Shown: piece by piece, positions 1 to 14,038 of the stretch
How positions within the stretch are numbered: the first letter of the stretch is position 1
Layout: each line of letters starts with the position of its first letter
Origin: the human T2T-CHM13v2.0 reference genome, Homo sapiens
Length of the DNA: 64,000 nt
Direction: 5' to 3' (one strand)
Assembly (NCBI RefSeq): GCF_009914755.1
Contig: NC_060937.1
Program-made: the position numbers and the translations under genes
Notes under the pieces: generated by a model
The model's input: the letters and a program-made list of their open reading frames with translations, nothing else
Databases searched by the model: none
Told to the model about the DNA's origin: nothing

Positions 1-271
1 GTTTTAAAATTACCTTTTCTACAGAGTTGTTTGTATAATTTGAAGGTTTTCTTAAATTCTTACTCATTTAGTGGTTGATGACTCCTGAGGTAGCCACATT
101 ACTACTAACATTTAAAAAAACATTTCAAGTATGTTCTCAGGTTTGTAAATTAAGCTTTTCAAGAATTTAAACTTACAAAATATTCTTTAAATGGTTAACT
201 TGTATATGATACAACCTTAGGAGTTTATTTTTTTTTTAATTCATTGTGCTGAGTCTTTTTTTTCTTTTAAG

Positions 272-345
272 GTAATCCAGAAATAGACAACAAGAAATAT
301 TACAAGTACAGCAAAGAGAAGACATTAAAGTGGCTGGAAAAAAAG
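272..345 (+). CDS. RNASEH2B: RNASEH2B coding exon (exon 6 by standard numbering): (G)NPEIDNKKYYKYSKEKTLKWLEKK
   Basis: Polypyrimidine tract plus AG acceptor (270-271) and GTATAG donor at 346. The 74-nt exon translates to a peptide I recognise as human ribonuclease H2 subunit B. Phase joins correctly to the next exon. Confidence 0.96.
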
Positions 346-933
346 GTATAGTTCCTCTCTAGTGCCTTGTGGTAAAAGTAAAAATTCAGTTCTCTAAGAA
401 ATTTTCAGAGAAGGCAGTAAGTCTGAATCCAGAGACCATCTTGTATATTCAGTGAAAAGAGGAAAATTGTGTAGAGATACCAAGTATGAGAAGAAGGCTT
501 TGACTTTTTAATCCTCCCTAACTTCTGTATCTCTGAAGTTAGCTTTATGTTTTCTTGTGACCTGCATTCTCGTTTCTCCCTGCTCCTACTACGGAATGAA
601 ATAATTTGTTGGTGTAGATTTGAGTCTTCCAAGTAAGAGGATACCAGGCTTGGCACTTGTTGGCCACTGTCAGTCCTGCAGGTGTCTCCAAGGGTGATGC
701 TTACACACAGCCAGGCAAAGGGACCCAGGGACACAGCCAGGCAAAGGTGTTCAGGTTTAGAGGAAGTATGTCCTGCTCTCAGGGTCTGGACACTGATGAG
801 GGGTCATCTTACAGGCAAACCCTGTATCTTAGTGATTCTAAGAATCTTGACCTAATGGATGGACTGGGGCAGTGAATTTCAAATCAATTTAGTAGGTAAC
901 AACCAGTATTTCTCTTGGAATGAAACAGATTGT

Positions 934-1033
934 GATGGGATGGGACGGGACAGGACGGGATGGGATGGGACGGGACGGACGGGACGTGATGGGACGGGAC
1001 GGGATGGGATGGGACGGGATGGGATGGGATGGG
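934..1033 (+). repeat. (GGGAT/GGGAC)n pentanucleotide tandem repeat, about 20 units, with G-quadruplex potential
   Basis: Directly visible run of GGGAY units in RNASEH2B intron 6. Confidence 0.95.
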
Positions 1034-1320
1034 TTAAAATATAGCAGAGGAAGGGCAGGTATTAAGTATGGCTCTGTGAAATGTATTTATATGTGTTTAA
1101 GTATTGGGTTGCTGTATATTTCTTACTATGGGTTGTGATAAAAAAAAAACTTTGAAAGCCACTGGTCTAAGGATAATATGTACTTTCACATTGATTAAGA
1201 ATCTCGCTAAACCATATAGAATAATGATAAAGTTTTTGCAAGATCAGTGGATACCAGTAGTTGTAGTACTGTTTCCTAAGATTCTCTTCCATCTTTTGTG
1301 TGAAAAGTCATGTTTGTCTG

Positions 1321-1604
1321 CATGTTCTCTCTCATAAGTGGGAGTTGAACAGTAAGAACACATGAACACAGGGAGGGGAACATCACACACCGGGGCTGTT
1401 TCGGGGGTTAGGGGCAAGAGGAGGGAGAGCATTAGGACAAATATGTAATACATGTGGGGCTTAAAACCTAGATGATGGGTTGATGGGTGCAGCAAACCAC
1501 TGTGGTACATGTATACCTGTATGACAAACCTGCATGTTCTGCACATGTATCCCAGAACTTAAAGTATAATAAATAAAAATAAATAATAATAAATAATAAA
1601 TAAA
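1321..1604 (+). mobile_element. 5'-truncated primate L1 (L1PA-type) 3' end with A-rich tail
   Basis: L1 3'UTR motifs (catgttctc..ataagtgggagttgaac; gcacatgtatcccagaacttaaagtataat) followed by an (AAAT)n tail. Confidence 0.9.
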
Positions 1605-1949
1605 TTGTGTTTATTTGTCATACCATGTTACCAGGCTCATTGAAAGCCTGGGAAGCTGGAAATGAGTCCAGTAGAATAATCAGTCTCCTAATGTGCAAAG
1701 TAGTGGAAAGATTTAGAGTGCCATGTTTCATTTTTTATTTGTGATATAGTAGTAGTAGTATTCCATGTAGGCGAAGAATGAGAATAAATGCGGAGCAGAA
1801 TCCTTGATGTTTACTTTTGCTCTTAGCCAAGGAAAATGACATGAATAGCGAAGAGGAGTTTATACTTACTGATTATATTTCCTAGGAAGTGGGAAATTTA
1901 TATTATTCTATTTAGGAAGTTATTACATATAAATTTTGTGCCAGGTTCT

Positions 1950-2140
1950 ATTGTAAGGGCTTTATTTACATATATTACCTCATTTAATTTTCACAGTAGT
2001 CTTATGAGGTGAATGCTATTTTTTTCCCCCATTTCACAGATAGAGCCACAGAAAGGTTAAGTAACTAGCCGTGGTTACAGAGCCAAGCCCAGCAGCCTGA
2101 CTCCAGAGTCAGCTCTCAGTTATCACAATATGTTGCCTTC
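1950..2140 (-). mobile_element. MIR fragment
   Basis: MIR core-like motif cccatttcacagatagagccacagaaaggttaagtaactagcc; boundaries approximate. Confidence 0.6.
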
Positions 2141-2377
2141 TCATATTGTGTAGGCCATGGAAGTCCATGTATTGAGATCATCCAGATATTGCTGCCACTC
2201 AGCCTTTCTTCAAATGGGCAACCATTTCTCATCTTCTGGTGTCTGGTGAAGATACTTCTAGGTTCTCAAATACTTCTTTGCAGATCTCTTAAATGGTCTG
2301 AAGGCCACCTATGAATTCATAGATTTCTAAAGTTAAGTTGAAAATACCCTGCCTTTCCCCTCTTGGTTGCTTCATAG

Positions 2378-2488
<111 letters not shown>

Positions 2489-4335
2489 TAAAGCATTTTA
2501 TCAGAAAAGATTTTTGTCTGGAGTAAGTTGCTTATGTGTAAATGCCTATCTTAGGATTTAAAAATCTTAATATCACAGAAGCCTCATATTCCTACCAATG
2601 CCTCATACACATTGTGGCAGGTGTGCATCTTATTTCAGAAGCGAAGAATATTTCTACCATAGGTTACTTCTGTCATTCATTGATACTTAAGTTATTTATT
2701 CAGCAAATATTTCTTTTACATTGATAGTAGTAACAACCCTGGCTATCATTTATTGAGGGTGTATTGTGTGCCAGGCCCTTTGCTAAGTTGCCACTATACA
2801 AACATGATCTCATCCAACCCTCCCAGTAAATTTCATAATGAGCATCTTGAGGCCCTGTGCAAAGTCTCACAACTAGTAAATGCCAAAGCTGAGCTACTTA
2901 TGGAGCTTGTCTCTGAAGCCCACACTTGTAATCTTTTTGTGATACTGTTCCTGTGGCACAGTTGTACTGTTCCAGTGGCTGCATCTGTTTGCATTTTCTT
3001 CTCAAGATGCATGTTTCCTGATACAGGGATCAATATATTTTGATTTTAGATGAAAATTGATTTACTTGGCAATTTTTCTTTTAGGTTATTCTTTTATAAT
3101 CTAAAAAAGGTATATTATTTTCTTTTCCAAGTAGAGTCCTCTTATTTTTATATGTATAGTTGAATAAGAACAGCTATATAATGCAGTTAACAATCTCAAA
3201 TGGTGAGACAGAAATTATTCTGACGTTAAACTCCAATTCATTGTTCCCTTATTCAGGGTATACATATGGCTTTAGTCATTACATAAATAAAAACTAGGAA
3301 TAGTGGCCTGTTTGTGATTGATAGTAATTCAGGCAATCTGATTTGCAGGAATCTACCTTGCATGTATAGGTAGTTGGCTACTGCCATTCTGGGAGTGGTG
3401 GACAGCACCTTTGCCATACTGAGTTACCAGCTGTCAGTGTCTTTAATTGGCTTTAACAATAGAAGATGAGGGATTGAGATAGATGATTAATGGATAGATA
3501 GGTGGGTGGATAGATGCATCCATGGATGGATGGATGGAACCATAGATTTTGTTTTAAAAGTAGGAGAAGGGATGTTAGAGGTTATTTAGACAGATCATCT
3601 CATTTTTTAAATGGAGAGGTAGGTAACTTATCCTCAAGATCTTCTGTTCTAAGTCTAGTGCTTTTACCAGTACTCTACATATTAAGGTTCTGGGCTTGGC
3701 TATATTGCCATTTAGTGTCCTGACCATAAAGTAAACTTTACATATTTTACATTATTTCATTTTTTAGATATTTAGGTTGGTTTGGTACCAGAAGCAGCAA
3801 ATGAACTATATGTTGACTTTCTTAAAATAGTTTTCTTGGTCTAGTCATGACTCATTGGATAATGACTATCCCAGATCCATGAGCAATTTTAAGAAGGGTC
3901 AAATGATAACTTTCAGTTCTCCATTGACAATGAAAATCTCTTACTGAAGACTTTTTGACATCAGGTGGTCCCCAGACGGCAGTCATTTTCTATGTAATAC
4001 TGAGGCAAATTGTTACTTTGACTTGAGAGCAGAGGAGAATGGAAAAAAGGAAGTGAGTGAATATCCCAGCAGCAAACCTGGGGTCTGCTTTTGGTGCTTT
4101 ATATCCCCACGTGGTTATCCCATCTTATGATTAAGTTTGATTATCTGCTTGTATTCTACATAAAATACTGAATTCAGGAACAGAGTTTTGAAACATTTTA
4201 TTGTCTTCTTATGTAACTGTATTTCTAATTGCTGCCAGAGCTGCATTTTAGTACTGAGAATCCAAATGCTTTAGAATTAATGATGATAAATTCTGCTGAG
4301 TTAGTTGTTTAAGTTTAAGTATTTTATTAGTTTGG

Positions 4336-4337
<2 letters not shown>

Positions 4338-4373
<36 letters not shown>
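4338..4373. repeat. (GT)18 microsatellite
   Basis: Directly visible. Confidence 0.97.
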
Positions 4374-4377
<4 letters not shown>

Positions 4378-4877
4378 AGAACTATGTATATAGAACAATA
4401 TGTATGTATAGAACTATATATATATATTTCAGGGTTCTTATAAAGCAAATACCTAGTAGTAGAGACATGGTATTTTATTTCTCTTAAATGAGTACACTCA
4501 TTACTGTTGAATAATTAGATTTATTCTTTATTGAAGCAGGCTTAGAAAAGATTACCCTTTTAAAAAAGACATGACTATTTCATATTGTTGTAGATGATTT
4601 TTAAACTTTATTTGTATTCAGTGGTTTCAAATAAGAAAGCAACCCTGAGTTTTTGTTTTTAATGTCATTTAGGGAGCATCTACTGTATTATACTTGTTTT
4701 ATCTTATATCTTTGGTATCATCACATGTCATATCTCATCCCTCATATCTTCCCACTAGTCTGACCGATAGATATTACTATCCCCATTTTACAAATGAGAA
4801 AACTGAGGCTAGAGCTTAAGTGAGTTCCCTTTATCCAGATAGGGTCAGAATTTGAATTCAGGTCAATTTGACTATAA

Positions 4878-5018
<141 letters not shown>

Positions 5019-6411
5019 TGAGTATTGATTATCTTCAGTCATAATGAAGTACCATTTGCTTCTTGGTTTCCCCAGCAGTGGGGTTTCCTTATGGCTTATC
5101 ATATCACTGTTTATGATACAAGATTATTCTTCAGCTATGTCATATACTTTGTGCTTTGGGGATGATTTTTAATGGATGATTGGAATGAACTGATTTGATG
5201 GATACGGATTGCAGGAACTAGTGAATGTCAAGATTGGAATTATGGCTTGGTCTGATTTTAGAGGATTAACTATGTTAAAATTTTATCCTCAATTATACTT
5301 AACTAATTTGGTTCTTTGTGATCGTTTTAAGAGGAAGAAAGGAGGGATGGAAAGAGTAGATGGAATATAGACTTTTTTTTAATTTACAAAATATTGATAT
5401 CATTTTCACTATTATCACTAGATGTTCACTAAAGGGACTTTATGCCCAAGACTTGGAAGTCAAAGTAATATGAAACACAATCTGTGTCTTTGAGGGGCAG
5501 AAGAAGGGTTTTAAGAATGGTTTAATGTATGTTCCTTTCTTTATAAAGAGCTTATACATTTAGACTTTAAGTTGAAAAAGAAGTGTTAGAAGTGTTTATT
5601 TTCTAGATTTTTGCAAAATCGTTACTTAATTTTGTTGTTAAGATTTTATGTGTGTGATGATTTAATAGCTTTTCCTGATCCTTATAAATCCTTTTTATCC
5701 TCTGAGTCATGAAGATAAAATGACTTTTTAATAGATACAGTTGTTGGTTTTAGCAAATTCCAGAGGTCCTACTTTAAAAAACAATGATTGGAAACTGGTT
5801 TCTATAATAGTTAAAGTGTGCTGAAAGCCTGCTTCAAATTGATAATCATATCCTTCTGCTTAATATATCCCCAGATTTCTATGCTGCTTGTCTTGTTAGA
5901 GACCTCATGTCTTTGTACTCCATTGTTTGTATAGATTCCTTTCTTTCCACTAACATTTTTAAGTTTTGGTTGAAGAGTTCAGAAGAAAGGTATGCCAATT
6001 AAACTGCTTTCTAATGGAAGAAAAGTTGAAATTTATGTGGCTTTTTGTGAACAGTTAAAATGATTTTCACCTTTAAATATATGTTAGCATCTTCACTATG
6101 AAGAAAAAATACTCCAACACCGAAACACAAATTTATAGAGGCTAAAGAAAAGGAACTCTGTTCCAACAGATGGGTTCTAATTTTATTTTTTAGTTCAGAC
6201 AACACCAAAACAAGGACTTACATATCAAAATAAAGACTCATTTATTGAGAAAACTTTCATTCTTTACACTGAGTTGATTGAACAGGAAGATATATGGAGG
6301 TAAAGCTGTAAGTTGAAAAGTAGGACTTACTAAGTCTTAAGTTGGCCCTGTCTTTCTGTTTGTTTGTCTATGAAAAACGATGACTTTGATTGTTATTTTT
6401 AACTTTCTTAG

Positions 6412-6454
6412 GCTTCCAGAACCTTCAGCCTCATTGCCAAATCCTCCATCAAAG
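6412..6454 (+). CDS. RNASEH2B: RNASEH2B exon 9: (K)LPEPSASLPNPPSK
   Basis: ctttcttag acceptor, GTAAGA donor at 6455, 43 nt, ends in phase 0. Confidence 0.96.
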
Positions 6455-7835
6455 GTAAGAAGCTGTGACTAAGATATCTTTGGGGGACTTAGAAAAATAT
6501 TACACTCTTACCACATGAGTTTAGTTGGTTCTAATATATTTTAAGGTGTACTAAATCCATTTTGCATGGAGTGATGCCATGTGGAATAAAGATTGTACTG
6601 GGCTCTCCATCACTATTTTTTATTTTTGTGGATTCCACCTGAATGGTAAATAAAGTGCCATGAAAACCCAAGAAGAGTTGGTTTTAGCAAGGTACCCCTG
6701 TGAAAATATTAAAGACATATAGTTAAAATTAAATCTTCCTGCATTAGTTAGATCACTTAATTAAATTTAGTAATCACTAAGCATACTCTATATATAACTA
6801 AAACTCATTTTGCCAAATCTAATTGTCACTGGCACAAAGGTGAACAGAAAACAATTTCCATAATACAAAGAATCCTTTGAGCAAAGATGATCACTTTTTT
6901 TCTGAATTTGAAATGATTGATGAATTTACGTGTAATCTTTGTTAGTGGAAAATCTTTTCCTCATTCATTCTCAGGCTGCTACCCACAGCTCCTCTGCAGC
7001 TGGTATGTTTATCTCCTAGATCCAGAGAATGGAGAAGCCAATCATAAACCACACCTGACTGCAAATTGCAGCGTTCCTTCAGCCCAGGCCAGATCTCAGA
7101 TGAGTTAAACTCTGCTCCAAGACAGGGAAATAAACATGTGCACCAGCTTGTCAGTGAGGTCATTTCTTCAGCCAGCAAAGTAACGGATGCCTTGAGAATG
7201 TAAAATGGACATATTGTGGATGTTACAAACTTTCCTTCTCCCTTGCATTGTTTTCTTGGCCTTCAAGGTAGCTAAAATGCTCATAATTTTTTATGTCATT
7301 CCCTGTATAAAGGTGGTGGTGGCTCCAAAGACATTGTCCTTAGAAAAGGACAGAAAATTGAAAGTACAGCAGTGTTTGTTTGGGCCTATGTTCAGCATGT
7401 TGTCAAAAAAAAATGCATGTTTTACTCTCTTGGAGAATAGCACTGGGCAGAAGTCTGTTGCTGTAAGATCTAAGGACTGCTCTAGGCCAGACCCATGCGT
7501 CTTTCATTCCGGTAGTTAATCTCTGACAGTAGCTCTAGAGGACCTAGAGAGGCACAGTTGTCTTGCTGAAACTAAGAGGGTAGGTTCTCAGCGTGCTTCT
7601 TATTTTTCTTCATCCAAAAATGAAGCAGATTTTTTTCTCCCAAATATCTATCTTCCTTAGTAACTTAGAGATCATTCATGAATTGATCTAAACCTATTCT
7701 TGAAAGCTTTAACCTTGGATACCTTTTGGAGTAATATGTTTCATAACTTTATTCTTCTCTGCTCCTGATTTCTGTTTTCTTATTTTAATTTTCAGAATTT
7801 AAGTTGTTTGTGACTTCATCATTTATGATTTAGAT

Positions 7836-8058
7836 CAGAGATCAGCAAACCTTTTCTTCTAAAGCCAGACAGTAAATATTTTAGGCTCCATGAAGCAGAT
7901 GGACTCTATTGCAGCTACTCAACTCTGCTGTTGTATTGTGAAAACAGCCACAGATAATACATAAACGAATGAGCATGGCTGTGTTCCAGTAAAACTTCAT
8001 TTATAAAAGCAGGCAGCCAGCTGGATTTGGCCCCTGGGCCATCATTTGCCAAGCCCTG
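7836..8058 (+). mobile_element. MER58A-like hAT-Charlie non-autonomous DNA transposon
   Basis: Terminal inverted repeats cagagatcagcaaac ... tttgccaagccctg. Near-perfect 8-bp TSD atttagat (7828-7835) / attttgat (8059-8066). Confidence 0.85.
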
Positions 8059-8964
8059 ATTTTGATTTTGGCATCTTGCTCTTCCTAAACCCCAGCCTTG
8101 TCTTCTATATTATTTGAGTTGCTTTTCGAGGTCTTCTACTCTGTGTCTTTCTGGGGTTCCAGTGTACACATGACAAACTATACTAGACGATGTACCATCG
8201 TTTAAACAAGCGTAGAACATATCTTCTGCTAGCTTTCCTGTCTGTATCCAGGATTTGATTGATTTTTACAGTAATATAGTTGACTGTTTCCAGGAAATAT
8301 ATTCCAGTAGTCATTAGGTATCTTTGTATCTATGTTGTAATCGATAGCGTGGAGCCTGTCATCTTTAATATGTTTTATATTATTTTCCTTTACTATCATA
8401 TGTCTGCCTTTGTTGAAACTCAGCTTCCAACCCTCACTTGCTCCAGTCTTTTCAATTTGTCACTGTCAGCAAGCAGAGTTGAATGCAACCAGTGGGTTTG
8501 GAGATGTTCCCGAGTTCCTTCTTGCAAATCATTTGTAAGAAGGCCTAACATTATCCCTGTGGTACTCTGCAGTTTGTTCTCTTTCCAGAACTGTATCCAT
8601 TTAGTCATAGCCTTTGTTACTGTCTTTCTGAGCCACTTCTCTGCTGAAACAATCTCCCAAATCCATAGGGATTTGGTCTTTTAAATAACAAAAATTTTAG
8701 TAAATGCTTCAATCATCTTTTTTTCCAATATATTCAACAGTGCACTGGGAATAACATACAAACTAGTTATATGTAGAGGCTACCACAATCATTTTCTTTT
8801 TTTAAACACTTGTAACTGGTATCTTGTTTTGTTGTGAGCTATTAAAACACCTGAACAAGTCATTTCTCCAATTAAACATTTTATGTCCATACAAAAGTAC
8901 CTTTCATCTTAAGTTCTTGTAATGAACACTTTTTATTTGAATTATCAATGAAAAGTGAACCTCA

Positions 8965-9130
8965 TCAGTTCAGTGGCACACACTTGTAGTCTTAGCTACT
9001 CAGGAGGCTAAGGCAGAAGGTCGCTTGAGCCCAGGAGTTCAAGGCTGTAGTATATGATGATCGCAACTATGAATAGCCACCGCACTCCAGCCTGGGCAAC
9101 ACAGTGAAACCCTGTCTCTAAAGAAAAAAA
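8965..9130 (+). mobile_element. FAM-like fossil Alu monomer (7SL-derived)
   Basis: Single monomer retaining the 7SL-like tgaatagccac segment that dimeric Alus lack; short A tail. Confidence 0.75.
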
Positions 9131-9357
9131 GGGAATAATGTCTAAGTGTTTATAATGACATCTGTGTTAGGAACATTTTGCCATAGAGAAGGAACACAAG
9201 CATCCTCATAACTTCAAGCTTTTTGTGTTTTGAAAATATTTTGGCCTTCAGCATTATTAGCTGTGAGTTTCACCCTCCTAGCTGAAGATACCTTTCTAGT
9301 AAAAAATGTGCATCACCTAAACACCCTTTGCTGTCTTAATTTAAATAGAAACATGTA

Positions 9358-9649
<292 letters not shown>

Positions 9650-10826
9650 GAAACATATATTCTTAACAAAGTTGCAAATATACATTCACTTGGTGCTGAT
9701 AGGTGGTTCATTTGTGATGGATTAGTCTTTTTCTTTTAATGATTCATTTGCTAGAGGTTGCTGTGTGGCCAAGAGGTTTTCCTATAGTGTGTGGTATATT
9801 CCCAGGATGAGCCTCTGTTTTTTTACAGCAAACAATTTTAAGACATGGTGTTTTATCCTCTTGGGTTATGGGATAAAACACCATGGGCTGTGGAATCTTT
9901 TAGCACCAACTCTACCCGTTCTTTGTTTAGCAAAGCAGGGGCATGAAGAATGAAGCTGGGAAGAAGTCTGTTTCCTAGGTTAGATCCATGTTGGGTCTGG
10001 TCAACCTGGTGTCTCCATAAACAGCCTGAAAATTATAAAAATCTGGGTTGTGATCACCATGCAGTCAATTCTCCATGTTCAACAGCAAGACTTGTCTTCC
10101 CTGCTTTTGTACCTTTTACATAATAAGTGTGGCATGATTTCTTCTATATTGTGATCATTAAGGCCTTGACAAGATTCTCACATTCACTGGTGTAAAATGT
10201 TCATGTGAAAGGAGAAAATATTAAGTAAAGGTCTGACTTAGTTGCATTGGGCCTAATGGAAAGAACACTGTATCAGAATTGAAATCTTGGCCAAAGTCCT
10301 CTACTTGGTGACCTTAAGCTATTCATTTAGCCTCTCTGTGCTTCCCTCTCTTACTGGCTGCTTGCTTGTGCAAGGTTGTTCTTGCATGGATAAAGTAAGA
10401 TAAATATTGTCCCTTCATTCATAAGTGGACATTAAACTGGCCCAGGAGGTAAATGAAATAGGGATTCTGGCTGGACACCTGGCCCCCTTCAAGAGACTAT
10501 TCTCATTTTGACTTCTGTGCCTTGCATTCATCTGGTAATTAGCAATCCCCTCATGCCCACCACACCTGGCACCTACAAAGCCTGTGTTTGCTGGACCAGC
10601 TAAGGGGCTCAGCCATGTACTTACCCAATCATATCCACCATCACCAAGGCTGCTTCTTAGGAGTGATGTGTGGCTCAATTCCCTAGATGATTGGCAAAAT
10701 GTAAAGGAGCCTGTAAAAAGTAAGCCCTTTGCTGGGTCTGCTGTCCCATTCGCCTCTGTAGAGGTCTAAATTATACATGTTGGGTTTTTTTTTAATGGAT
10801 TGATGTTGTGTCAAAGTGACATTTGA

Positions 10827-10979
<153 letters not shown>

Positions 10980-13303
10980 TGATGTGCATGAATACATGAG
11001 GAACAGTTGCACGCTTGATTGTGATTACAGTTTTGACCAGGAAGAATTATTAACTTGCATTTCTGTGACTTAATAATTAAGAATTGCATATGACAATGAA
11101 AATGTTAAGCAACTAAGACTTATTATTAGTCAGAGAAAAACAATATACTACTTATCAAGAGTGTGCCTAAATTTTGCTATGTATTCATAGAGTGATAGGG
11201 TGGGAAAGGAGGGAGGAAGCTCTACAGGTAATTTTTTGTCAACCCTGCTGCCCAGAAGCAGAAATTATGATGATAAAAATTAATAATTTCACCATTCAGC
11301 ATTCACCCTGGCAAATGGCATTTTGGTAACAGTCCTTACTTAGTTTTATACATGCATTATAAATACATATGTGGCCTTTAACATTGGCATTATAATACTC
11401 AGTTCTGGGCTTTTTATTTAACATTAAATTGTGAAAATGTTCACATATCATTAAACATTCTTTGAAAAAATATTCATGTTTTTATGATATTCAGTCATGG
11501 GTGTTTGTTTCACCATATGGAATGTAATTTAATCATTTCCCTATATTTGGACATATAGGTTACTTCTGATTTTTTTATTTTTTGTTTTTATTGAAGTGAT
11601 AGACATTCTTATTTACAGTCTGTATCTCCAATCATTTCATTAGACACAATTTTGAACTAAGACTAAGAGCTTGGAGAACATGAATTCTTTCATAATTGAA
11701 ATATATATAGCTAAAGTGCTTTTCAAAAATGGAGAAAGTTGTGCTTCCAAACATTATTGCCAATGAGTATTTATCTTGCATTTTTGACGACATTGAGTAT
11801 TGCTTTTATTCTTGAACATTGTTGCCTGTCAAATTAGGCTACATTTCTTTAACTAGAAAGGTTCTTTTTCCAAATGCTTATGGCCCATTTGCATTTTTGC
11901 AAATTGTTGGTTCCTGTCGCTTGCCTGTTTTTATGTTGAGATAGTAATGTTTCTCTGTTGCTTTGTATGAGCTCATTCTAAATTAAGGCTATTAACACTT
12001 TTCATGAAATATAGGATACAAACTTGTTTTAACTTTTTCATTTGATTTTTTAACAGTGTTAAATTTTTCTGAGTGTTAAGTACAGAAATTGTTTCCCTTT
12101 ATGATTTTTCCATTGTTTTTATGCTTAGGAAGGCCTTGCCCATCTCAAGATAAGTTAACTTTCACTTAGATTTTAAAAATACTAACTGCCCTTTGAGTTT
12201 AATGTTTTTTAGAACTGTTATTCTTGAATCAATATGTAATTTATTTGGGCATATGATACTGAGGATAGTTCGATTTAAGATCTGCCCAAATAGCGAGTTA
12301 TCTCGATGCTGTGTCAACAGGGACATTGTCAGTTTCTCTGAGAGAAATCTTTGTGCCCCGCCCTTCTGTGGGAGTGCCACTTATTGTATCCACTTGGGCA
12401 CAGCATGGAGAATGTCTTAAATGCACCAGATAAGTCTGAAACAGACTGTTGCTTTGCACCATTGAGTCAAAAATAAGCCTACTAAATTATAAGTGACAGA
12501 ATGTGAAAAGCAGAATTGTGGGAATCATATACTGTGCCTCTAAAAAATACTTTATCAATGACTTTGTCTTACAGTTCCCAGGGAGACAGGTGATTTTTTT
12601 GTTTTCTGATTCCCATCATTTATGCTTCTTCTGAACAATTTGTGGTGCATCTGCATCAAAGTTAAATCAGCTGCTATTTACCTTCTGCAAGTGCTTTATA
12701 TAAGACATGGAAGAAAAAAATTCAGTGACCAGAGAGAGATAGAAATGTACAGGGCAGAATTATTTGGAGTCAGCTTTTTGGAAAGTATTGCTTTGTTGGA
12801 GGAAAAATAAGGCAGCTATCCTGCTGGTCTGGGATGCTTTGCAACACAAGTCATCTTTTGAATATCATAGGGTTGTCCTTGGTTTCCCATGGAGCAAATG
12901 AATAAAATCAGATGGTAAATTGGTGTGAATTATTCATCATGTGGTAATACAAGGCTGTAATTCCTACCTCTGACAATTGCGGCCTGTGTCAGTTCCATTG
13001 TTTGTGTTATTGTACTTTATGCACCCTCCAGAATTATCTACCCCCTCCCCAGTGTAAACCATTGGTTGGAACATTCTGCTTCTTAGAAGGCAGCAGTTTT
13101 GTCTTCTGCCTCTTTTAACATATTCTGTCTCTTAGGTCTGAATTCTGAATAGAAATCAGAACTTTTTCACTCCCTTATGAAGCATGTTAGTGGGGGATGC
13201 TTACCTTCCTTAATGAAACTTGAGACATGCAGTCTTCTTTGATTTCCATATATGATTAATAAATGTTACATTCATAACAATTTTTCTCTCTTATTTTCAT
13301 TAA

Positions 13304-13423
<120 letters not shown>

Positions 13424-13689
13424 AACTTTGAAAATAAAATCTAGCAAAAATATTTGCTTTTTACATGTTTCAGTTTGTCCTTCCTGACTGTTAATGACTA
13501 CCTTTGGTTGGGGGAAGGAAGAGGCCAATTTCATGTTCTCTTAAACATTTCTTTGCATTTGGTTTTTGTGTTCCTGAACAAAATATGGGAAAGTGTCTAA
13601 CTTCATGGCTATGGCCTTTTGGAGTCTCATCTGACATAATGAAAAGTAATCACTTGAAGAGAATTAACATATAGCATCATGATTTTCTC

Positions 13690-13695
13690 AATAAA
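13690..13695 (+). terminator. Probable polyadenylation signal (AATAAA) of the main RNASEH2B isoform
   Basis: AATAAA about 270 nt after the stop codon, followed by GT/T-rich sequence. A second, more proximal AATAAA lies at 13433-13438. Confidence 0.65.
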
Positions 13696-13849
13696 CTGAT
13701 GTGTGACAATGTTAGAGTGTATGACTGCTTTTTAATGCAACTTTGCATTCAGTAGGTTTAGTAATAATATTTTCAATATACTGAGAGAAACTGGATTACA
13801 AAACTGTGAGGTAAATTGTTACTTTAAAAAGGCTTTAGTTTTTGGTAAA

Positions 13850-13923
13850 TTTTTTTTTTTTTTTTTTGACACGGAGTCTCGCTGTCACCCAGGCTGGAGT
13901 GCAGTGGCGCGATCTCGGCTCAC
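13850..13923 (-). mobile_element. 5'-truncated Alu right-arm fragment
   Basis: Poly-T followed by gacacggagtctcgctgtcacccaggctggagtgcagtggcgcgatctcggctcac, then an abrupt end. Confidence 0.85.
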
Positions 13924-14038
13924 TTTTTAGAAAATAGAGAAAATAATAAGAACTTCAATCTCCCATTTCTTCATTACCCAGAGATAATGTATTGTCTTAT
14001 AATAATTTTTAGAAAGGAATTACAGTTACTTTGTAACC

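Noticed and set aside
705-747. 17-bp direct repeat acacagccaggcaaagg (705-721, 731-747)
   Set aside because: Only two copies with a 9-nt spacer; a simple local duplication, not a CRISPR array or a TSD around an element.
859-1138. ORFs with repetitive GRDGMG/GWDGTG peptides
   Set aside because: These are translations of the GGGAY pentamer repeat within an intron; there is no splice or coding support.
8130-8650. 134-aa ORF (8280-8684) in RNASEH2B intron 9
   Set aside because: Non-ATG start and no homology I recognise; the region looks like a decayed CR1/L3-type repeat, but I cannot confirm this.
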